Of a stretch of DNA of 59,749 nucleotides, positions 49,101-56,315 are shown one piece after another; position 1 is the first letter of the stretch; each line of letters begins with the position of its first letter. The notes under the pieces are model-generated. The model ran no database searches, was not told the DNA's origin, and saw nothing but the letters and a program-made list of their open reading frames with translations. The DNA comes from an uncultured bacterium (lineage in GTDB: Bacteria > Fidelibacterota > UBA2242): NCBI GenBank assembly GCA_964485475.1, contig CAZAKB010000002.1:1-59749 (forward strand), read 5' to 3'. A program made the translations under genes and the position numbers.

Positions 49101-49354
49101 CCAATCATTGACACATGCAGTGTATATGTGCCGGGAGGAATCGACAAAATAAAATACCGTCCGTCGATATCAGTAGCGGCGCCAAACATTTGCCCTTCGA
49201 CCAGAACATTTGCCCCGACCAGAGCTTCCCCAATATTCTTGTCACGAACCAGTCCTGTGATTTTTCCAGTTTCTCCAGCAAATACCGTCATCGAACTGTA
49301 CAAAACCATCAAAAAAACAAAATCGAGAAGGCATTCAATCTTTCGTTTACTCAT
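46106..49354 (-). CDS. TonB-dependent receptor with N-terminal carboxypeptidase-regulatory-like domain (SusC-like, no SusD partner)
   Basis: 1082 aa. GKITGLVRDKNIGEALVGANVLVEG...DIDGRYFILSIPPGTYTL is the CarbopepD_reg-like domain. A plug region follows, and the C-terminus ends in a terminal aromatic residue (KYNFR region). Confidence 0.9.
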   Translation of the reverse strand: MSKRKIECLLDFVFLMVLYSSMTVFAGETGKITGLVRDKNIGEALVGANVLVEGQMFGAATDIDGRYFILSIPPGTYTLHVSMIGYGKVMVKDVKVNIDHTTTVNMDLESKAIDMGQEVVVTATRPVIQKDITNSTQFVELEELTQLPVADAKEGLMIQTGIFMDPLPLSSGFNGQGRGEPRYSIRGGSQGEVKWFIDGVRSSSLMEGRADQGGSFTDVNMHSISEVQLITSGFNAEYGEAQSGIVNVITREGGEKYSFSFEYIYGTAGQHHFGNYMYSHPTETQVRNHWEILDNEHANWQSAWGTQIPSAEDSLAHIESMTDIDNQWWSKYQKEYRDHINAPSAVWWDQNYYNYRDTTADIGVIDPDWMTSYRQKNIYDYRKIPDQNIFFSLGGPLFHIGDIRSSFFVATQIKKEAYIYPRPRDTHDQENITYNIAFQSDSRAKLRFTGFYNHEGHSTWQEYGQFVPQAKYYRGWGTLLDTYTYSNSLLWSHVLSQKLFYDLKLSYYLTDIREKPSDYTEIGQSDMPDIWGFQRYNTVVNFSDEEYFVEPFDAWAFVLDNHWKNSDLSWLGSLNWQWNSFNFLKTGFEFRYNTMSELKAYRYPSYIDYKSNPELWMNRGLHDTFNPIQIALYAQNKMEFESMILNVGMRYDYFNPNREWFSTNNLYNYSLNSDFNPALDPDGDQLDSSGNVKYSFENVMNQPMEQAPSYHMFSPRLGVSFPITENTLLHFNYGHFYQMPPLDRMFELSYFRPEKIIQGIMTEMDSAAAQGREPNHFPSDNGDPERIVFLTAEPLKPEKTISFEVGIKQNFNDVAVLDVTAFYKDAFNKTAARYGIFDRRIYGWDPINSQTTPNLFYVSSFPGDYGDARGFEITLRTLFSRVFTLDINYSFSKSTIGRASPGQIKIDGEGNYTYVWDTDINKRIPVQNSYSRPHTVRTNIYLRYPDDLKIPLLTPVLKGTSLSILHQYISGQPFTYQGPDDSPDTYDNYRYPAFNNVDLRLVKNIEIGKNHILSAYIRITNVFNAKNMISLGNIYYNESDNILSDYIDNGTIPKVDEVGYDITAQTYAPARRIYFGIKYNFR

Positions 49355-49396
49355 AAAATTACCCCTTTATCACCACACTAAACTCATTTTCAATAA

Positions 49397-50107
49397 CTAT
49401 TCTTCATCCGGGAAATAATTAATGATGATATCCCGGATGCGCTTTAACCGGGTTTCCATCAGTTCAATTGCTCTCTCCTTGTCCTTCTTTTTTAATGCCT
49501 CGTACAAATCGGAATGGGTCTGATAATCTTCCTGGCAGGCCATATGTTTATTGATCAGCTGAATCTGATCGTCAGTATATAAATTTGTAATGACTCGAAC
49601 AATCTCGTTAATTATAATATTTTTTGCGGCTTTCCGAATCATATAATGAAATTCCAGGTAATCCAGACCACATTCATTAAAGTTATCCAGATGGAGTTTC
49701 GCGTCGTCCAGCAGACCTTTCATCTTCAGGAACTCACACTGGGTCATATTGTTGATAGCCAGAGATACGATCATGCCCTCCATCGCAATTCTTGCGTCGA
49801 TCAGTTCCAGTAATATCTTTTTTGATAATGGTTGAGCGGTAGTAATCGGGTTCGGCAGAAACAGGGTATTGAAGTAACGTCCGACAAAAATCCCGGAACC
49901 GTGTTTAATCACAATCGAGCCGATGGTTTCAAGCTTCTTTATTGCTTCCCGCAGGGTTGGCAAACCGACTCCGAAAAATTTGGCGAGTTCTGCTGTTGAA
50001 GGCAGGCGATCACCCCGTTTTAAATCATTTCTGACAATAAATGCCCGAATCTCCTCGGCCAGATGATCTGAGAGAGAACGTTTGTTTATGGGAGTAATGT
50101 CATTCAT
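49397..50107 (-). CDS. GntR-family transcriptional regulator (FadR/FCD subfamily)
   Basis: 236 aa. The winged-HTH N-terminus (GDRLPSTAELAKFFGVGLPTLREAIKKLE) is followed by an all-helical FCD-like C-terminal domain. Confidence 0.9.
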   Translation of the reverse strand: MNDITPINKRSLSDHLAEEIRAFIVRNDLKRGDRLPSTAELAKFFGVGLPTLREAIKKLETIGSIVIKHGSGIFVGRYFNTLFLPNPITTAQPLSKKILLELIDARIAMEGMIVSLAINNMTQCEFLKMKGLLDDAKLHLDNFNECGLDYLEFHYMIRKAAKNIIINEIVRVITNLYTDDQIQLINKHMACQEDYQTHSDLYEALKKKDKERAIELMETRLKRIRDIIINYFPDEE

Positions 50108-50123
50108 AATTATTCCAATTCAT

Positions 50124-50142
50124 AAAGTCATTTGTTGATTTT
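50124..50142. promoter_or_regulatory. Second copy of the candidate operator (AAAGTCA-TTTGT-TGATTTT), upstream of the GntR gene and in the divergent spacer to the URO-D operon
   Basis: 6 of 7 arm positions are palindromic. The flanking 17-mer ATTCATAAAGTCATTTG is identical to 7783-7799. A further palindrome, ACTTTCAAAGT, lies at 50146-50156. Confidence 0.45.
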
Positions 50143-50412
50143 ATAACTTTCAAAGTATAAATTAATTTCCAACAAGTTTCAAGATAAAAATGTATTTTTA
50201 AAATCAGAATCAGCGCACCAAAATTTTAGCAAGGTGATTTCATTCGAAAATCCATTAACAGTCGCCAACGCATCAAAGCCATTATCAACCATCAAGCAAC
50301 CGATCGCAGCGGTTTCTGGCTTGGTAATCCGCATGCCGATACTTGGCCGATTTTTCACCGCTATTTCAAGACCGATTCTGAAGAAAATTTACGTGTAAAA
50401 ATTGGTGATGAT

Positions 50413-51261
50413 GTGCGCTGGATTTGCCCCCAGTTACAGCTTGGTTTTTACCGTGCCCCCGATGGAAAGGGTTTGTTTAATAATTACTCTGCAAAGGATG
50501 GAAAACACCCTCTCGCCGACTGTGAAACCATTGGAGAATTAGAGAACTTCAGCTGGCCCAATCCTGATTATCTTTACTTTAATGATACCATTGACATCCT
50601 TCGGAATACCGGTAACATTTACCGTTTAAGCGGGATGTGGACTTCCTTCTATCATGATCTTATGTTTTTATTTGGAATGGATAACTATCTCATTAAAATG
50701 TACACTCATCCCGAAGTAGTCGAGAGAGCCACTCAATATGTTTGTGAATTCTATTTTGAAGCCAACCGGATCTTTTTTGAACAGGCCGGAGATTTAGTTG
50801 ACGGTTATTTCTTCGGGAACGATTTCGGAACCCAGCAGGATTTGATAATGAGTCCGGATCTTTTCGATAAATTTATCATGCCCTGGTTTCGTCGTTTTAC
50901 AGATCAGGGTCATTCATACGGATACCAGGTCATCCTGCATTCTTGCGGTGCCATTTACAAAGTTATTGAACGATTAATTGATGCGGGTGTGGATTGTCTG
51001 CATCCCCTTCAGGCAAAGGCATGCAATATGAATGCTGAAACCCTGGCCCGTGATTTCAAAAATAAAATCGCTTTTATGGGTGGTATTGATACCCAGGATT
51101 TGCTGGTTAACGCTTCTCCTGAAGAGATTAAAAAGGATGTTCGTCGAGTAAAATCTCTGCTGGGCCCAAACCTTATCATCAGCCCCAGCCACGAAGCCCT
51201 GTTACCTAACATTCCACCAGAGAATGTTCAGGCCATGATTGAGGCAGCATTTGAAAAATAA
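50413..51261 (+). CDS. URO-D/MtaA-like protein, paralog D (H-S-C-G); conserved N-terminal coding sequence continues upstream to 50230 without a canonical start
   Basis: The only canonical start is GTG 50413. The same frame stays open from 50230 and encodes SRQRIKAIINHQATDRSGFWLGNP, which is homologous to the N-termini of the other paralogs. VILHSCGAIYKVIERLIDAGVDCLHPLQ is present. Confidence 0.7.
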   Translation: MRWICPQLQLGFYRAPDGKGLFNNYSAKDGKHPLADCETIGELENFSWPNPDYLYFNDTIDILRNTGNIYRLSGMWTSFYHDLMFLFGMDNYLIKMYTHPEVVERATQYVCEFYFEANRIFFEQAGDLVDGYFFGNDFGTQQDLIMSPDLFDKFIMPWFRRFTDQGHSYGYQVILHSCGAIYKVIERLIDAGVDCLHPLQAKACNMNAETLARDFKNKIAFMGGIDTQDLLVNASPEEIKKDVRRVKSLLGPNLIISPSHEALLPNIPPENVQAMIEAAFEK

Positions 51262-51288
51262 TTTACAACCGGTTAATTGGAGAATTGG

Positions 51289-52389
51289 ATGACATCCCGA
51301 GAACGATTATTAACTGCCCTTTCCAATGAAAAACCCGACCACCTGCCCTGCCAGGTACACAGTTGGATGCCCTATTATCTGAAAACCTACTTGGACGGCC
51401 GGGATCAGTTTGGAGCTTATGAATTTTTCAAGGGAATGGATTGGGTCATCTACGCCAATCCCCGGTTCATCTATAATGATACGGACCACGGTGTCTGGAA
51501 AAAACGGGATATCGATCTGGGAACTGATAGCGATGGTTCGCATCAGTTCCGGCATATCATCACAACCCCGGAAGGGGAATTGAGCTACGGACTGGGCTGG
51601 AACCAGTTCACCGCCTGGGTCACCAAGCATCTGATCGAAACGGAACGGGATTTCGATCTCTGGCAAAAATATGTCCCACTCCCGGAAAAAGTCGACTGGA
51701 CGCCACTAATCGAAATAAAAAAACGCATTGGTGATAGGGGCATTGTGCGGGGGGAATTTTTCGGCTTTGGGCAGGGCAGCCCCTGGCAGGACTTTTGTTA
51801 TATGTTCGGCACAGAGCTGGCGATTTATGCCGCTTATGACCGGCCCAATTGGGTTCACCACGTCTTAAACACCCTCCTGGAGAAAAAAATCAGTGTGATT
51901 GAGCGCGCCGGAACTTTTGAAATGGATATGGTCGAAACCGGGGGTGGGGCTGGATCGTCAACGGTAATCAGTCCCTCTATGCACCGGGAATTCTGTCTGC
52001 CTTACGATCGGATCCAAATCAACGCGTTGCACAACGCCGGAACCCGGGTGGTGTATCACCTCTGCGGCGGACTAATGCCACTCCTGGAAACAATCGTCGA
52101 AAACGGCACTGACGGCCTCGAAACGATGACACCGCTTTCAATGGGAGGTGATTGCAACCTGGCGGAAGCCAATCAGCGGGTTGGGAATAAATTATTTTTT
52201 ATCGGCGGTTTTGATCAGAACGCCGGTTTTGAAAAAGGTGATGCCGAAACCACGGCAAAATTGGTTCGGGAATGTCATCAGGCCTGCCCCGACGGTGGCT
52301 ATATTTGCAGCCCCTCGGATCACTTTTTCAGTGGTGATCCGGCCAATGTGCAGGCATTCGTGGATGAAGCCAATCGTTGTCATTATTAA
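51289..52389 (+). CDS. URO-D/MtaA-like protein, paralog E (H-L-C-G)
   Basis: ATG 51289 is preceded by GGAG with 6-nt spacing (the ORF track begins at TTG 51277). It has SRERLLTALSNEKPDHLP and VVYHLCGGLMPLLETIVENGTDGLE. Confidence 0.8.
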   Translation: MTSRERLLTALSNEKPDHLPCQVHSWMPYYLKTYLDGRDQFGAYEFFKGMDWVIYANPRFIYNDTDHGVWKKRDIDLGTDSDGSHQFRHIITTPEGELSYGLGWNQFTAWVTKHLIETERDFDLWQKYVPLPEKVDWTPLIEIKKRIGDRGIVRGEFFGFGQGSPWQDFCYMFGTELAIYAAYDRPNWVHHVLNTLLEKKISVIERAGTFEMDMVETGGGAGSSTVISPSMHREFCLPYDRIQINALHNAGTRVVYHLCGGLMPLLETIVENGTDGLETMTPLSMGGDCNLAEANQRVGNKLFFIGGFDQNAGFEKGDAETTAKLVRECHQACPDGGYICSPSDHFFSGDPANVQAFVDEANRCHY

Positions 52390-52400
52390 CACCTAAAGCA

Positions 52401-53495
52401 ATGGACACCCACATGCTTGACACTATCCCGATCCATCACCCAAATCCCGATAATCAAGCCTTCATTGCGCACCTCATGGGCCAAAAGCCACTGACCGCTG
52501 CACCCCTGGTGGAATACAATATCGATGATTCGCATATCCAACGAATCACAACGGAGATATTCAATCGTCCCTGGATTCCCTGGAGCAGAACACGGAGTGA
52601 TCAGCAATCTTGTCTGGATAATTTTATCCAGATCTGGTACCGCCTGGGTTACGATTTCGTCCGCTTTGAGCGCAGTCTGAGATTTGATGAAAAACGTGTT
52701 ATTGGTAAGGAACGCAGTTGGGTGGATCAGCAAAAGGGTGCTATTCAAAACTGGCAGGATTTTGAACAATATCAATGGCCCAAAGTCAGTGAATTTGATT
52801 TCTCTTCCTATGAATACATTAACAATAATCTCCCTAATGGCATGGGCTTTATTGTGTCCCATGCCGGGGGTGTATTTGAACATCTGTCTCAGATTATGTC
52901 CTTTGAAGGGCTGTGCTACGCCCTGGTGGATCAGCGTGATCTGGTGGAAGCAATTGTTGAAAAACTCGGAACATTAACAACGGAATTCTATTCTCAAATC
53001 CTGGACCTTGACCATGTTATTGCCTTGTGGCCGGGTGATGATATGGGTTATCATAGCGGAACAATGATTTCCCCTGCTGATTTGGGGCAGCTTATTCTTC
53101 CCTGGCATAAAATTTTTGCCCGGATGGCTCACAAACGTGGATTGCCTTATTTCTTGCATTCCTGTGGCAATTTAACAGATATTATGGATACGTTGATAGC
53201 TGATGTAATGATCGACGGCAAACATTCCTTTGAGGACTCAATTATACCGGTGGAAGATTTTCACAAGCAGTATGGAAAAAGGATCGCGGTTCTGGGAGGT
53301 GTTGACGTCAACATCCTGGCGTCTGGTACACCGGAAGAGGTTCGAGCCCGCACCCGGGATCTGATTGAAAAATGCGATCTCATTGGAAGGTTCGGAATTG
53401 GCTCCGGCAATTCAATTCCGGATTACGTCCCTCTTAATAATTATTTGGCAATGATCGATGAAAGACATAAAGTAGCCCATGCAGGAAAACATTAA
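52401..53495 (+). CDS. URO-D/MtaA-like protein, paralog F (H-S-C-G)
   Basis: ATG 52401 (the track begins at TTG 52377, overlapping the previous stop). It has YFLHSCGNLTDIMDTLIADVMIDGKHSFE and RIAVLGGVDVN. Confidence 0.8.
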   Translation: MDTHMLDTIPIHHPNPDNQAFIAHLMGQKPLTAAPLVEYNIDDSHIQRITTEIFNRPWIPWSRTRSDQQSCLDNFIQIWYRLGYDFVRFERSLRFDEKRVIGKERSWVDQQKGAIQNWQDFEQYQWPKVSEFDFSSYEYINNNLPNGMGFIVSHAGGVFEHLSQIMSFEGLCYALVDQRDLVEAIVEKLGTLTTEFYSQILDLDHVIALWPGDDMGYHSGTMISPADLGQLILPWHKIFARMAHKRGLPYFLHSCGNLTDIMDTLIADVMIDGKHSFEDSIIPVEDFHKQYGKRIAVLGGVDVNILASGTPEEVRARTRDLIEKCDLIGRFGIGSGNSIPDYVPLNNYLAMIDERHKVAHAGKH

Positions 53496-53510
53496 CTAAA
53501 TGAGGAAATC

Positions 53511-54614
53511 GTGGCAACTGTCGAACTGAAAAATTTAACAAAGATTTATGGCAAGGACACACAGGTCATTAAAGACCTTGATTTGGCTATTAAAGACGGG
53601 GAATTCCTGGTATTGGTCGGCCCTTCCGGTTGTGGCAAAAGCACTACTCTACGTATGATTGCCGGTTTGGAAGAGGTTACTGCAGGCGAGATTTTTATAG
53701 ACGACCGTAAAGTCAATGATGTCCCACCCAAAGACCGTGATATTGCCATGGTTTTCCAGAACTATGCCCTTTACCCCCATATGACTGTATTTGATAATAT
53801 GGCTTTTGGACTAAAACTGCGCAAATTCCCAAAAAATGAAATACTAGCCCGCGTTCAGGAAGCCGCCGAAATTTTGGAAATCAATGATCTGTTGAAGCGA
53901 AAACCCAAGCAGCTGTCCGGCGGCCAGCGCCAGCGGGTGGCTTTGGGACGCTCCATCGTGCGTCAACCTAAGGTCTTTTTATTCGACGAGCCGCTCTCCA
54001 ATCTGGATGCGAAACTGCGAGTCCAGATGCGCACGGAAATCAAAAAACTGCATAAGCAGCTGAAAACGACAAAAGTTTTCGTGACCCATGACCAGGTAGA
54101 GGCCATGACCATGGGCGACCGCATCGCTGTCATGAAAGATGGGATCATTCACCAACTGGACACACCTTTGAATATTTACAACGAACCTGCCGATCTTTTT
54201 GTGGCAAGTTTTATCGGCAGCCCGGCCATGAATTTTATTACAACCACTGTCAATAATGAAAATATACTCTGCTCGGATGCTGCTAAATTTTTTTTCCCTG
54301 TTCCAAAAAAATATCTGTCCCAGATGAAGGATCAGACAAGTGAAGAAATTATAGTCGGCATTCGTCCCAATGATTTTACTATTAACCAGGAATCAAATGA
54401 GGATTATACATTCAACGCGTCACTCGAACTGGTGGAACCACTTGGGAATGAAACCATTCTTTACCTGTCGACCGGTTCCCAAGGTCTGACCTGTATCAGT
54501 AAACAATATAATCCTCAAAGTGCTGACGAAAACCAGGTAAGACTCTATATCAATCCAGAAAAAATTCATTTATTCAACAGATCTACTACAAAGCGACTAA
54601 TTCCCAAAAACTGA
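53511..54614 (+). CDS. ABC sugar transporter ATP-binding protein (MalK/UgpC/MsiK-like)
   Basis: 367 aa with a GTG start. Walker A is GPSGCGKST, the signature is LSGGQRQR, Walker B is VFLFDEPLS, and there is a C-terminal TOBE-like regulatory domain. Confidence 0.9.
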   Translation: MATVELKNLTKIYGKDTQVIKDLDLAIKDGEFLVLVGPSGCGKSTTLRMIAGLEEVTAGEIFIDDRKVNDVPPKDRDIAMVFQNYALYPHMTVFDNMAFGLKLRKFPKNEILARVQEAAEILEINDLLKRKPKQLSGGQRQRVALGRSIVRQPKVFLFDEPLSNLDAKLRVQMRTEIKKLHKQLKTTKVFVTHDQVEAMTMGDRIAVMKDGIIHQLDTPLNIYNEPADLFVASFIGSPAMNFITTTVNNENILCSDAAKFFFPVPKKYLSQMKDQTSEEIIVGIRPNDFTINQESNEDYTFNASLELVEPLGNETILYLSTGSQGLTCISKQYNPQSADENQVRLYINPEKIHLFNRSTTKRLIPKN

Positions 54615-54695
54615 ATATATGTGAATTGTTTAATAAGTTGATCAATTCGTATACGACATATTCGGATTTTCATTTATTGAAGACAAACCATATTG

Positions 54696-54762
54696 CTTCT
54701 AAGCAGAGGGTTGCAGGTTCTTCCACAGGAACTCCCCTGGAGGAGTCCTGCTCGGGGGTACA
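54696..54762 (+). repeat. Broken 3'-half copy of tRNA-Arg(TCT): an att-like direct repeat of the tRNA at 715-787
   Basis: 54696-54720 (cttctaagcagagggttgcaggttc) is identical to the tRNA from the anticodon loop into the T arm. A 22-nt unrelated insert follows at 54721-54742. Then 54743-54762 (gagtcctgctcgggggtac) matches the tRNA 3' end with one extra G. There is no 5' half or D arm upstream. Confidence 0.8.
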
Positions 54763-54893
54763 CCTCTTCACTTATCAATATTCCTTTCCTCAGTATAGAT
54801 TCGTCCAACGAAATTCAATGTAGACGGATTCGGAGTAAATAAAAGTTATTTATGTAATACCAATGCTTCCGCTTCATAATGTATCGTTATATT

Positions 54894-56150
54894 TTACTCA
54901 ATAAACAACGGTAATATATGGCGATTATAAATATTGTCAGTCACGTTTGGGGCAATGAAATCCGAATATTGCTCCAATGCATTTATAAAATCCACTCCTT
55001 TTTCGGCAGCAATTTTATATCCAACGTGCAGTAACTGGCGAAAATTCGGGTTATATAATTTTTCAGTTTGAACATGGCGAAGCGAATTCACAAATTCATC
55101 ACTACTCCAGGTATCTACTTCGGCAGGATTTTGTAAGCGTTTGAAATCTATATCCAGAACTGTCGCATAGGGTTTCATCAGTTCCTCTTTGCGTTCAAAG
55201 GCTTGAGAATAAAGAGATTTTGCCAGTCTGAGGCCCTCTCCACCGGCGGAGGCAATTCCAATCACCTCTTCCAGCCAGGTCGTTCCGGCTGTCTTCAAAT
55301 GAACACCTGCGTTATGTTTTCTTAGAAGTTCCCGGATAATCGGATAGATGGAAAACTTATCACTCCCGGAATGGACACTCAGTTTTAATTCACCCGGCAA
55401 TCCGAATTCACCAATCGCATAGTCCACAACCAGAATATCCTGTTCGAATTCTCTGGCAAACTGCTTGACATCACCCACATAGTCGACACCTTTATTGAAT
55501 CGCCCGGTAAATTTTGGCGCAATCGTATCCAGCGGAAGACCTCGCCAGGCAGCAGCAGCCAGAATAAAAAACAGATCAACAGGCCGCTGTGGATACTCCG
55601 TTTCGTCAATCGATAATTCCAACACAAAGGGCGTTGTTACATTTGCGGCAATATATTGATAAATTTTTTCCGTCTCCAGAATTCCGGCCAGATACTGGTG
55701 TGCCATTTTCCGCACGATGGATTCATCAACAGCAATTTGACTTTCAATCCCCGGAATATAAAAGGGTTTCGTAAATCGATTACAGAACTGTAAATACTCT
55801 TCGATTTTTGAATCATCCACTGATTTCCCAATATCTTCGGCAACGTCCATTGTAAAAAAATCACTGCTTTGCATAAACCCGTCGATGGTTTTCAGGTTGA
55901 TATGATCGGCATCAACAAAATAGGGTTTTCCCCAATTTGTCGATTGAACTGCTTTATCGGCCGCGATTCGTGTATCCGCTGGTGTGCTGCCGATGGTTTT
56001 ATGTTCCCGGAACGATTTATTCCAGACAGGGGTAATCTCGATTCCCTGCCCGGCAGCGATCTTTAACGCCTCAATCTGGGCTTTACCTTGATGACCGAAA
56101 CGGTCCCCAATTCCAATCGAATATTTTGACAGTTTCATTGATTTCTCCAA
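54894..56150 (-). CDS. uxaE: UxaE-family tagaturonate/fructuronate epimerase-like protein
   Basis: 418 aa. Blocks FVDADHI, LSIDETEYPQRP, LSVHSGSDKFSIYP, HLKTAGTTWLEEV and NFRQLLHVGY are collinear with Thermotoga UxaE as I recall it. Confidence 0.8.
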   Translation of the reverse strand: MEKSMKLSKYSIGIGDRFGHQGKAQIEALKIAAGQGIEITPVWNKSFREHKTIGSTPADTRIAADKAVQSTNWGKPYFVDADHINLKTIDGFMQSSDFFTMDVAEDIGKSVDDSKIEEYLQFCNRFTKPFYIPGIESQIAVDESIVRKMAHQYLAGILETEKIYQYIAANVTTPFVLELSIDETEYPQRPVDLFFILAAAAWRGLPLDTIAPKFTGRFNKGVDYVGDVKQFAREFEQDILVVDYAIGEFGLPGELKLSVHSGSDKFSIYPIIRELLRKHNAGVHLKTAGTTWLEEVIGIASAGGEGLRLAKSLYSQAFERKEELMKPYATVLDIDFKRLQNPAEVDTWSSDEFVNSLRHVQTEKLYNPNFRQLLHVGYKIAAEKGVDFINALEQYSDFIAPNVTDNIYNRHILPLFIE

Positions 56151-56315
56151 TTAATTTATTATTTGCGATTATTTCTCATAAAAACCAGAATTAGAATTTA
56201 ATCGCAGGTCTTATAATGTGCAACAGGTCATTCTCAATGTATTTTTGAGGACTGAGAGTCTCTTTAAACAGAAATCGCCAATTAACTGAAATGTTACAGC
56301 GTATAAATACAATGA

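Noticed and set aside
16529-53495. Reading the URO-D-like genes as haem biosynthesis (hemE) genes
   Set aside because: There are six copies, and no other hem genes are present. All six are embedded in sugar catabolism/transport operons, and most carry the MtaA-type H-x-C motif rather than a HemE-like context.
54696-54762. Possibility that the second tRNA-like sequence is a functional intron-containing tRNA-Arg
   Set aside because: The 22-nt insert interrupts the T arm/loop, not the canonical position 37/38. No acceptor 5' strand, D arm or 5' anticodon stem can be found upstream, so it cannot fold into a cloverleaf.
54626-54823. 65-aa plus-strand ORF downstream of the ABC ATPase gene
   Set aside because: It reads straight through the tRNA-Arg fragment, so its codons are explained by the tRNA-derived sequence. 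It has no start context or homology.
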